In this document: in pieces, positions 56,406-64,000 of the stretch | Position numbering within the stretch: position 1 is the first letter of the stretch | Layout of the letters: every line of letters starts with the position of its first letter | Virus record (IMG/VR): IMGVR_UViG_3300038345_000144 | Origin: a virus | Lineage: Duplodnaviria > Caudoviricetes | Direction: 5' to 3' (one strand) | Length of the DNA: 64,000 bases | Notes under the pieces: model-generated | Told to the model about the DNA's origin: nothing | The model's input: the letters and a program-made list of their open reading frames with translations, nothing else | Databases searched by the model: none | Translations under genes and position numbers: made by a program

Positions 56406-56800
56406 ACCTTTCTATAATAGAATATCCAGTAGGGAAAACCATTACTTACATTACAGCCTTGCTCAATACCAGTTAATTTGATTTTATAACCAAATAACTC
56501 GCTTAAGAAGTTTTGAACATCCTCTGGGTCCTGCACATACCACTGACCAGGTTTCAAATGTTTTTCTGCCGCTTTGTTGTAGGTATCATCATCGTACCAA
56601 CTTCTTAATCGGTCTGAATACACTGCATAGTCACTTTCTGACCATTCTCCGCTATTATATATAGCATAATCACTATAAGAGTAAGGATATTCTCTCTGGG
56701 AGCGTTCTTGTAATTTTCCTGCAAGATTACGCTTTTTATCAAACTCATACGCTTCAGGGTCTTCGCCCCAATAAATATCATCATATAAACCTAATGACAT
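56402..56800 (-). CDS. Hypothetical protein, tandem paralog of 56025-56405
   Basis: Same motifs; RBS. Confidence 0.8.
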   Translation of the reverse strand: MSLGLYDDIYWGEDPEAYEFDKKRNLAGKLQERSQREYPYSYSDYAIYNSGEWSESDYAVYSDRLRSWYDDDTYNKAAEKHLKPGQWYVQDPEDVQNFLSELFGYKIKLTGIEQGCNVSNGFPYWIFYYRKV

Positions 56801-56812
56801 ACAATATTCTCC

Positions 56813-57451
56813 TTATTTCTCGCCTCTTACCCAAGCAACCCATTCTGTTTCAAACGGATTGCGTGAAGTAATACTAAAGATAATCTCGTTGTAGTGTTCC
56901 TTTAACTTGTTATAAGCCTCTTCAGGACTATCTGCACGGTCATACCAACCATTTGCATATTCTTTATCAAGTTTAGTAAAACCAAAGCCTGCGATTACAC
57001 TATCTGGTAAGAATGAGTTTGCCCTTTCAATAGGGTTCTCAAGAAGATAGTCAATATATGTCTCTGGGTTTTCTCTGGCACAATCACCACACATAATATC
57101 TTCTTCATCAATAATTACGATGTTGTGAGAATAGTTAATAGTGCGAGGAACAATCTTGTAGCAGAAATCACATACTACATACTCGTCGGAAAAACCAAAA
57201 TTAAGTCCTACCATATCTACGAACTTTTCACGACAATGAACATTTTGCTCGGCATCAAGTTCCTCTTGAGTAATCTCTCCTAATGCGAGTAACTCTTTAC
57301 CAATCATTTCATCAATCTCGCCCAAGTCATCCCAATCATAGACAACGAGCATTTTTTCATCATCTTCTCCATAAGAACGATATTCAATATCGCCTCTTTT
57401 TTCCTGATACTCTTGAAGTACCTTTTCAATAAGGTCAGTATAATTTTTCAT
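56813..57451 (-). CDS. Acidic protein with CxxC..CxxC
   Basis: 212 aa, CDFC and CGDC. Confidence 0.7.
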   Translation of the reverse strand: MKNYTDLIEKVLQEYQEKRGDIEYRSYGEDDEKMLVVYDWDDLGEIDEMIGKELLALGEITQEELDAEQNVHCREKFVDMVGLNFGFSDEYVVCDFCYKIVPRTINYSHNIVIIDEEDIMCGDCARENPETYIDYLLENPIERANSFLPDSVIAGFGFTKLDKEYANGWYDRADSPEEAYNKLKEHYNEIIFSITSRNPFETEWVAWVRGEK

Positions 57452-57475
57452 ACAGTATTCTCCCTCTGTAATAAA

Positions 57476-57766
57476 TTAAGGCTTAATATAGAAACCAGCC
57501 TTGTGTTCAATATAACCATTTTCTTCAACGAGTGCTTTGTTAGCCTCTAACTTGAGTTTGTAAGCGAGGACATTACCACCCATATCCGTTAAAGCGTGTA
57601 GCAGATTAGCATAACCAATCTCGCCTGTCTCTTCTGCAATTTCAGAGAGCGTCTCAATGAAATCTTCAACAGCCTGATTATATCCGTCATACACACCTTC
57701 AGCGTAAGCAATCTGGTTGTTTGTCTGTACTGTTTCCATAAGTCTGACATACTCTTCTTTATTCAT
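57476..57766 (-). CDS. Hypothetical protein
   Basis: 96 aa, RBS. Confidence 0.7.
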   Translation of the reverse strand: MNKEEYVRLMETVQTNNQIAYAEGVYDGYNQAVEDFIETLSEIAEETGEIGYANLLHALTDMGGNVLAYKLKLEANKALVEENGYIEHKAGFYIKP

Positions 57767-57781
57767 TTCTAAAATTCCTTT

Positions 57782-58213
57782 CTAATTATCTTCTTTTTCT
57801 TTAATCATCTGTAAAATAAATCGCTCAAAAGCACTATGATTGCCTGATAGGTCATATCCAGGTTCCAACTGTCCGTCATACCATAACTTGGCAGTTTCCT
57901 GTAATTTGGTATCAGGTATTTCTGTGCCATTAGCAAAATAATCTTCTAACCAGTGTAAAATCTGCTTTCCGTATTCGTTAGCGTATATACCTTTTCTCAT
58001 ACAATGAGCCAAGAAGTCGCCTCCGATTACACTTAACTTGGGAAACTCGTTCATTATTACTTTCTCGTCTTCGGTGAAGTAAGGGGTCTTTACCCAGTTA
58101 CCATTTTTATCTTTGGTTTCCCAAATAGCATTAAGGGCGGGATTTACTTCCCACCCTAACTGTTTTGCAACCATTTCAAATTCGTGTGGAGTCCAATCTC
58201 TACTCATACCCAA
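57782..58213 (-). CDS. Hypothetical protein
   Basis: 143 aa, RBS. Confidence 0.7.
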   Translation of the reverse strand: MGMSRDWTPHEFEMVAKQLGWEVNPALNAIWETKDKNGNWVKTPYFTEDEKVIMNEFPKLSVIGGDFLAHCMRKGIYANEYGKQILHWLEDYFANGTEIPDTKLQETAKLWYDGQLEPGYDLSGNHSAFERFILQMIKEKEDN

Positions 58214-58221
58214 AGTCTCCT

Positions 58222-58512
58222 TTATTCTTCATAAACAAAAAGTATGCGTCTTTCTTCTTCATTTATGTTACGAACATAAAGATTAGGCTTTAAGTCATCA
58301 AACCACTCTGCATTATAAATCAACCTAAATTCTCCTGTAAGAAGCACACTTCCATCACTTTGCAGAGTGACGGCTATGCCCTCATCAATAGTATTGTTTT
58401 CGGCTAAAATACCAGCATACCTTATATGCGGTAGTTTAAGCAAAGCGGTTTTGTAAAAATAGGGAAACCCCATTGATATAACATAAAACTTTGCAAACTC
58501 TATTTGTGTCAT
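58222..58512 (-). CDS. Hypothetical protein
   Basis: 96 aa, RBS. Confidence 0.65.
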   Translation of the reverse strand: MTQIEFAKFYVISMGFPYFYKTALLKLPHIRYAGILAENNTIDEGIAVTLQSDGSVLLTGEFRLIYNAEWFDDLKPNLYVRNINEEERRILFVYEE

Positions 58513-58539
58513 ACTATTATTCTCCTCTTTCCTAATAGT

Positions 58540-58749
58540 TTATTCTTCTTCTGTTAATTGACTTAAATCTTCGGGGATTTCTTCATCGTCCTGCTTGGTT
58601 CTTTTAAGGAACACAAGGAAGAGTCGATTTTGCGTCCAAATAGCCTCACTAATATCTTTGAGCCTATACGCAATCAAAAAGAGTGCTGAAGCAAATAATA
58701 CAACGATTACTGCTACAAATATACAAATTCCAAGTACGGTCATATTCAT
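58540..58749 (-). CDS. Small single-TM protein
   Basis: 69 aa, hydrophobic N-terminus, acidic tail. Confidence 0.65.
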   Translation of the reverse strand: MNMTVLGICIFVAVIVVLFASALFLIAYRLKDISEAIWTQNRLFLVFLKRTKQDDEEIPEDLSQLTEEE

Positions 58750-58767
58750 TTTTTCATACTTCCCTTC

Positions 58768-58784
58768 TTACAATTAAATAGTCT
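58768..58784 (-). promoter_or_regulatory. Element-specific motif copy 8
   Basis: AGACTATTTAATTGTAA right after stop of HAD gene. Confidence 0.65.
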
Positions 58785-59267
58785 TTAGGTCATAATGGAC
58801 GACATATGGAAGAAATGGCACTTTTCAGGGTTCTTGAAGTGTCTTTCCATTACCAGCAAGTCCTCTAAATTGTCATCAATATAGATAAACTCTCCGTAAG
58901 TGTCAAGGATAGACTCTAACTGCCTAATCTTGTCCTCCAGAGATTTAGCCCAATATAACTTTGAGATTTTAGGATAATACTGATGAATTTCATCGGTCTT
59001 ATTCTCAAACTCGATGTCATTATGTATCTTACTCATAACAAAGAGGTTCTTGGTGTTGGTCTTATGACTGACAAAGTTCCTCATATAAGGGATAGGTTCG
59101 GCGTACAAACATTCGTCTTCCTTCATAGCCTCAAGTAAGGCTTCATCAGAGTTATCCATAATGCTGATTTGCTTAACAAACCAACGAGCCTCAAATAAAG
59201 TTCCGTCGTAGTCAAATACAATAGGCGTATCTGGGTTCTTCATCAATTCTTGTAAATACTTATTCAT
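58785..59267 (-). CDS. HAD-superfamily hydrolase (capless)
   Basis: VFDYDGTL, FVMS, K, YIDDN. Confidence 0.8.
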   Translation of the reverse strand: MNKYLQELMKNPDTPIVFDYDGTLFEARWFVKQISIMDNSDEALLEAMKEDECLYAEPIPYMRNFVSHKTNTKNLFVMSKIHNDIEFENKTDEIHQYYPKISKLYWAKSLEDKIRQLESILDTYGEFIYIDDNLEDLLVMERHFKNPEKCHFFHMSSIMT

Positions 59268-59297
59268 TCCTTAACTTACCTTCTTTATCGTTTTTAA

Positions 59298-59768
59298 TTA
59301 GTCCTCATTACCGTGTTCGTCATATATACCGATTGCACAGTGATAATCGTTAAGTATCGTGCCACTCGCATTTTCGGCATAAAACTCAAGGTTAGGAATT
59401 ATCTTTTCCCATTCAGGCATCATCTTGATTATTTTGTTGATTAACAACTTAACGCCTTTTTTATCGTTAATCTCTATATCTACATAAATAGTTGAGGGGC
59501 AATCTACATCAACAGCCTGATAGTGACCGCAAATATACGCATCACCTACACCTTCATTACCTACATTGTAAGTAAAGTTGTTGTCTATGTTAGAAATACC
59601 GCACTCATCCTTAACACTCTCTATCCAAGTACCAAACTTTGCACCGAATTGTTTGAGCATTTCGAGATTTTCTTCGGAGGTCATATCAACATAGTCTCCG
59701 TCTTTGTCTTTCTCGTTCTTTTGCATTTGATACCAAATAGCCATAATAATCGTTCTTTTCATAATCAA
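59298..59768 (-). CDS. Hypothetical protein
   Basis: 156 aa, GAGGAG RBS. Confidence 0.7.
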   Translation of the reverse strand: MIMKRTIIMAIWYQMQKNEKDKDGDYVDMTSEENLEMLKQFGAKFGTWIESVKDECGISNIDNNFTYNVGNEGVGDAYICGHYQAVDVDCPSTIYVDIEINDKKGVKLLINKIIKMMPEWEKIIPNLEFYAENASGTILNDYHCAIGIYDEHGNED

Positions 59769-59778
59769 TTCTCCTCTC

Positions 59779-60765
59779 TTACTTAAAACAAGTCTTACAC
59801 GGCGTATAGCCTTGTGCTATCAGATTATTATATGTGTCCTGTACTGTCTGGCTATTCTCACCAGTAGGAAGTCCCGAACAACCGTCAGGCTTATGGAACT
59901 TCTTTGATTTAGTGTTGATTATGTAAGTAGCCGTCTCGTCCATCCAAGCGTCAAAGTATTCATCTGCTCCAGCATCAGCATCATTTGTTGCCATACCAGT
60001 AGCATAATCAATAGTCCAACCTTCCTGAACATTAGGACACCAGAAACAGAAGCAAATCGCACTTCCGTTATCATCTACGGAGAGAGCCTCCATAACAACT
60101 CCACGGGCAACTAATTCATCGCCAACATAGATAGGAGTTACACGATACATAATGTGAATACCAGGGTACTTTTCCAGAGCCTCGTCAACAGCGTTCTCTT
60201 GAGGTAGCATACCCTCGATATTTAACTGTCTTGTACCAGTAATGAGGTTCTTTGGATTAGCGTTCTCGCCAGCCAACTGCCAACCAATAAGATGACATCT
60301 GTTATAAAGCCAACTTCCGTCAACATCGGGAGCCTCTATTGATTGCCAACCACTCGGCTTAACACTTGATATGGACTCTCTACGCTCGCCGTCAGCAGGC
60401 TGGAGTTCAGAAGAAAGGCAAGCAAACGCTACACCACATCTACCAAACTGGTCTAATTCGGCATAACTCTCAAAAGGCTGGTCGGTAATTTCTTCAGAAG
60501 TGAAATAAGGTTGACCGCCATTCAAAGTAACAGCATATTCCTTACTGTCAATTACCGAAGCCACATCCGACATCATAGTACCAGTCGTAGGTCCAGTCGT
60601 AAGTGAGTCGGTAGCAGAAGTCGTAGGGTTGACACTTGTTGCAGTTGTCGTAGGAGGTGTCAACTTGTCGGTATCAGCGTTCTTTATGCCGTAGTAAATA
60701 CTGGCTCCGATTACCAATACCCAAAAAGCAATTATGATATATAACTTGAGTTGCTTCTTATTCAT
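59779..60765 (-). CDS. Membrane-anchored DNA/RNA non-specific endonuclease with C-terminal Ada-like metal-binding domain
   Basis: LD..GRCG.A, YNRCHLIG, NLITGTR.LN, YRVTP; YIIN..SKKFH...C...GY.PC..C. Confidence 0.9.
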   Translation of the reverse strand: MNKKQLKLYIIIAFWVLVIGASIYYGIKNADTDKLTPPTTTATSVNPTTSATDSLTTGPTTGTMMSDVASVIDSKEYAVTLNGGQPYFTSEEITDQPFESYAELDQFGRCGVAFACLSSELQPADGERRESISSVKPSGWQSIEAPDVDGSWLYNRCHLIGWQLAGENANPKNLITGTRQLNIEGMLPQENAVDEALEKYPGIHIMYRVTPIYVGDELVARGVVMEALSVDDNGSAICFCFWCPNVQEGWTIDYATGMATNDADAGADEYFDAWMDETATYIINTKSKKFHKPDGCSGLPTGENSQTVQDTYNNLIAQGYTPCKTCFK

Positions 60766-60802
60766 AACTTACTTCCTTTCAGATGTATCTTATTGTGCGA
60801 GT

Positions 60803-60832
60803 ATTATAGCACATTCGATACTTGCTTGTCGA
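60803..60832 (-). promoter_or_regulatory. sigmaA-type promoter for nuclease
   Basis: TCGACA-N18-TATAAT with extended TGn. Confidence 0.6.
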
Positions 60833-61127
60833 GAGTCTGAAATATACCGTACATATGTTCGTTCTGTTCGCCAAATTTTTTCAGACTCTTATATATCACT
60901 ATTCTTTTCTTCTTTCTTGAATAAAAGTGAAACTGGTTTCAATATATCACCTAATTTGAAATTTTCACAGTTAACTAATTATTATAGAAGACCCTAATCT
61001 ACCCATATCCATATCCATAAATTATGTAACTTTTTTAACTTTTAGCCATTTTCTCAAATTTGCTTGATAGTTTTCAAGTCACAAAATTTTCGGTAAAATC
61101 GGGGATAGTTACCACATATTTTTCGGT

Positions 61128-61712
61128 TTACTTGGACTTACCTTTTGGTGTAGGTTTCTGGGTAGGTGTCTGGGTTGCGGTTTTCTCTGACTCTAACACA
61201 TTGTCACCTGTCTCACTTGGAGATGGTGTCGGAGATGTGGTAGGGGTAATCAGGAAGTCATCAGCAATTTCGGTGTTGATAGACAAGAACGGCGTTTCTG
61301 TCTGATAGAAGAACAGTTCAATATCGACATTCTCTTCTTTCTTGTTAATGCCTATCTCAATCCTGCCGTCGCTCTCTTCTCCAGCGTTCAAATGACAGCC
61401 GTAGAAGTTAGAGTATTTTTTATTGCCATTTACAAAGGTCTTAACATCGTTCATACCAATATCCTTATAATCATCAGACACATTGACATAATGGAAGTTA
61501 AGTACCAAGTTGTGCAACTTATCATCGTAGGATATGCCCGTAAAGCCTACCTCTATGCCGTTGACCGTAGTAGAGTCACCAACATACTCAATCAAGTCTC
61601 TGTGGACCGTAGGCACGGGTTCCGTTGTTTCCGTTATGTTCAGATTAAGGGCAGAACAACCTGTAATGGCTATCATAAAGGTTGCCATAGCCAATGCTAA
61701 TAGTTTTCTCAT
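61128..61712 (-). CDS. Lipoprotein (DUF4352/DUF5067-like Ig fold)
   Basis: ITGC lipobox, beta-rich domain, PT tail. Confidence 0.75.
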   Translation of the reverse strand: MRKLLALAMATFMIAITGCSALNLNITETTEPVPTVHRDLIEYVGDSTTVNGIEVGFTGISYDDKLHNLVLNFHYVNVSDDYKDIGMNDVKTFVNGNKKYSNFYGCHLNAGEESDGRIEIGINKKEENVDIELFFYQTETPFLSINTEIADDFLITPTTSPTPSPSETGDNVLESEKTATQTPTQKPTPKGKSK

Positions 61713-61740
61713 AAGTTACCTCCAAACTCCTGTGGGAGCA

Positions 61741-62136
61741 TTACATACCTAATTTAGCCTTAACGCTGTCGGAGAGTTTGAATGTATATTCACAACTCTT
61801 GCTCTTGAGTTGGTTACAAATGAGTTCAGCCTTACCTCTTGGGATAAGCCTCAAATCCTCTTTTGTCATATCTCCGTCCATAAGGATAGTGAAATATACT
61901 CTCGCACCGTTAATCAGTTCAATCTTCTCTAACTGCTCGGTTGTAGCGTCTTCCATAGACTCAAATTTAGCACTCATCATACGACCAATCTGGTTCATAC
62001 ACTTTAAGAACAACATTGAGTAGTTGGTCTTCTCACTCTCCTTTAACTCCTGATTGCAGTCAAAGGCGATAGCAAGTGGATATGTGTCGCTGATGTCTGT
62101 AATGGTGAATTCGTATTGTTTAATTTCCTTTGCCAT
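61741..62136 (-). CDS. Hypothetical protein
   Basis: 131 aa, AGGAGG RBS. Confidence 0.75.
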   Translation of the reverse strand: MAKEIKQYEFTITDISDTYPLAIAFDCNQELKESEKTNYSMLFLKCMNQIGRMMSAKFESMEDATTEQLEKIELINGARVYFTILMDGDMTKEDLRLIPRGKAELICNQLKSKSCEYTFKLSDSVKAKLGM

Positions 62137-62147
62137 AAAAGCCTCCT

Positions 62148-62186
62148 AAAAAATAAAGGAATTAGACGAAAGTATCTAATTCCTTT
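62148..62186 (-). terminator. Terminator/attenuator hairpin
   Basis: AAAGGAATTAGA/TCTAATTCCTTT followed by ATTTTTT. Confidence 0.7.
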
Positions 62187-62199
62187 TTTAATTATTTTA

Positions 62200-62220
62200 T
62201 TATAATTAAATAGCCGTTAA
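62200..62220 (-). promoter_or_regulatory. Element-specific motif copy 9
   Basis: TTAACGGCTATTTAATTATAA overlapping upstream stop codon. Confidence 0.65.
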
Positions 62221-63539
62221 TTCTTCTTCCTCTTGGGGAGTTGGTAAATGACCTCTTTGTTGTCCTTTCCTCTCCAGTGTCCAGTAACCTGTACGGTCTT
62301 GCCTGACTTATTGATGTAGCGTTCATAACCTCTTACCCAATGTCTTCTCGGTGAAGCGTGGTGGGTCTTGAACACTGTTCCATTAGTCTGCTCATAACGG
62401 ACAATATCCGTGAGAGTTCTGATATAAGGCTCTTCCTTGTCGCTATCAACATTATCTCCGTCAATAACTACAATATCGTTTGTGAGGGTGCTATTACGCT
62501 CACTGGTAGGTGCGTCCTTATAAACAGTCTTTCTGTTTATAAATGCACTAATCGCCTGAAATGCCGAGGACATCAGATACTTGTCGTCCTGACTCAATAC
62601 CCAAGCGGCGGGCAGTCTTAAAGCGGGGGAATTCTTTTCCTCACCAGTGACTTCCTTCATCTTGAACCAACGGACATTCTTATCATTGAAAATCTGCTCT
62701 TCGGAAATATCTCTGTTAATCATTCTGCACATCAACAGTATATCTTCGGGGTACTGTGACGGAATACTCAACTCAACCTTTGACATCTTGGTATAGTTGC
62801 TCTTATAGTCATCATATCCCTGCTTGAGGAACAACTGCTTATAGTGGTGGCAGAATGTGTTTTGAAGGTCGATAAAATTCAACAGCCAAAGATGAGTGCC
62901 GTTCTTTTCGCCCTCTTCTTCTTCAGGAGCCTTATCCAAGTGAATGTACTTACCATTAAAGATAGTCTGCTTGGGAGTGCCTGTAAACGCTCTACAAGGC
63001 TTATGGGTGTTACAAAGTTCGATATAGCACGGAGCATACTCACCATTCATATTGTTCTGAACATTAACCAGTACACACTCAATCTTCAATGCCTCCAACT
63101 GCTTCAGAAGTGGAGTAATGTCCTTCAAATCGACAGGCTGATTTTCAAAGTGCTCAAACGGTACAAGGAATGTAATCGAGTTTGCCCTCTGATAATAAGT
63201 GTCTATATAGTTAATCATATCGGTTGTGTGTTCTGCAAGTTCATACAGCCTCAAATAACGAGGGTCCTGACCACCATACTTGGAAAGAGCCGACTGCATA
63301 TCTTCCCAAATGGTAATCATATTGTCCCTAATCTTGTAGGTGGTGTTAATGTACTCAAAGAAGTCATTACGCTCACTATACAGGATAGGTGTGAGGTCTG
63401 CTTCGTAGAATTCCTTGAGCAAGTCCATATCAAAGTAATGTCTTGCCCAACTATTCTTCTTTAAGAAGTCCATCAGTATCTTGGTGGCTTCGAGATAGTA
63501 TGAAGAATAATCATCTCTTCTGCTGGGAAATGTAATCAT
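62217..63539 (-). CDS. Hypothetical phage/plasmid protein with His/Arg-rich C-terminal motif
   Basis: HASPRRHWVRG...SGK.V.V.GHWRG. Confidence 0.75.
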   Translation of the reverse strand: MITFPSRRDDYSSYYLEATKILMDFLKKNSWARHYFDMDLLKEFYEADLTPILYSERNDFFEYINTTYKIRDNMITIWEDMQSALSKYGGQDPRYLRLYELAEHTTDMINYIDTYYQRANSITFLVPFEHFENQPVDLKDITPLLKQLEALKIECVLVNVQNNMNGEYAPCYIELCNTHKPCRAFTGTPKQTIFNGKYIHLDKAPEEEEGEKNGTHLWLLNFIDLQNTFCHHYKQLFLKQGYDDYKSNYTKMSKVELSIPSQYPEDILLMCRMINRDISEEQIFNDKNVRWFKMKEVTGEEKNSPALRLPAAWVLSQDDKYLMSSAFQAISAFINRKTVYKDAPTSERNSTLTNDIVVIDGDNVDSDKEEPYIRTLTDIVRYEQTNGTVFKTHHASPRRHWVRGYERYINKSGKTVQVTGHWRGKDNKEVIYQLPKRKKN

Positions 63540-63571
63540 TACACATATCTCCTTTTATTTAATGATAAGTC

Positions 63572-63601
63572 ATTATAGCACAAAAAGATAATAAATGTCA
63601 A
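63572..63601 (-). promoter_or_regulatory. sigmaA-type promoter
   Basis: TTGACA-N18-TATAAT with extended TGn. Confidence 0.7.
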
Positions 63602-63786
63602 TGATAGTATGTAACCTACAAATCCTCATTTTTAGCAAAATGTAGGTTACATTTTGTCCCGAAAATTATACAATAATCGTGACAATAAGAAAAGCACCTC
63701 ATTTCTGGGGTGCTTTCTTTCTGTGTCTCTTGTTGCAGACCTTGTAAACAAAGGTCTATATAAAAAGGAGTTGGCTAATCTCCAAT

Positions 63787-63996
63787 TTAGTCTTCTTTTG
63801 ATGATACGATGTCCAAATGAGTAGCCTTTCTCTTCATTGTTGCAATATGCAGACCGAGAATGACCATCCAAAGAACCGCTAATACTGTATTACGGATTGC
63901 TCCTCCAATATCGGCTCCTGAAATATAGCCGAGGATTGCCGCCAGTGAATACAGCGTTACAATAATGCAATCTAAAATAAAAGATACCTTATCCAA
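63787..63996 (-). CDS. Small 2-TM membrane protein (start may lie beyond window)
   Basis: 69 aa, two hydrophobic helices. Confidence 0.55.
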   Translation of the reverse strand: MDKVSFILDCIIVTLYSLAAILGYISGADIGGAIRNTVLAVLWMVILGLHIATMKRKATHLDIVSSKED

Positions 63997-64000
63997 CTTT

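Larger units (their letters stand above)
1..64000 (-). mobile_element. Segment of a large Firmicute conjugative element (megaplasmid/ICE-like); no boundary in window
   Basis: VirD4-like, VirB6-like, VirB8-like, relaxase-like, lysozyme and adhesin genes; plasmid/phage-type DNA genes; no housekeeping genes; one coding strand. Confidence 0.8.

Noticed and set aside
60890-61127. AT-rich gap as a replication origin
   Set aside because: Only weak DnaA-box-like words, no iterons and no adjacent rep gene
472-63464. Plus-strand ORFs and nested minus-strand ORFs in the track (e.g. 4936-5391, 25740-26330, 27815-28255, 46254-46832, 62844-63464)
   Set aside because: Shadows of real minus-strand genes, often of low-complexity linkers; no RBS or recognisable motif
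1-64000. Jumbo phage interpretation (single strand, Mre11/Rad50, RusA, small-gene array)
   Set aside because: No capsid, terminase, portal or tail gene recognised, while T4CP, VirB6/VirB8-like and sortase-anchored adhesin genes point to conjugation; a phage-plasmid cannot be excluded from this window
1-64000. Alternative genetic code or programmed frameshifts
   Set aside because: Genes tile densely and intact under code 11 with TAA, TAG and TGA all used as stops

Overview
AT-rich window in which essentially every credible gene lies on the minus strand. It reads as part of a very large conjugative element (megaplasmid or ICE-like) of a Firmicute, probably Clostridia; the host is inferred from RBSs, sigmaA promoters, lipoproteins and a sortase motif. 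About 1-41 kb is a divergent Gram-positive transfer/surface region: VirD4-like coupling ATPase (cut by the window edge), Replic_Relax-type nuclease, signal peptidase I, three paralogous large VirB6/TcpH-like membrane proteins (one fused to a phage-tail lysozyme), a TcpC/VirB8-like protein, a pilin-like protein, a C39-like peptidase, a 3203-aa sortase-type adhesin (subtilase + thioester + isopeptide + ester domains) and a MinD/ParA-SSB-DivIVA-AT-hook cluster. About 41-50 kb holds DNA-metabolism genes (Mre11/Rad50, SSB, histone-like, Sir2, RusA). About 50-60 kb is a phage-like array of ~22 small genes. The strongest unexplained signals are: (i) a non-sigmaA motif GRCTATTTAWWTRT in nine intergenic regions; (ii) a ~172-nt pseudoknot-rich structured RNA candidate upstream of the adhesin; (iii) a Cys/His N-terminal tag shared by two unrelated proteins; (iv) a plasmid-borne DivIVA/MinD module. 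No VirB4, sortase, replicase, integrase, capsid gene, tRNA or CRISPR array was recognised. All family calls come from motif recognition, not database searches.
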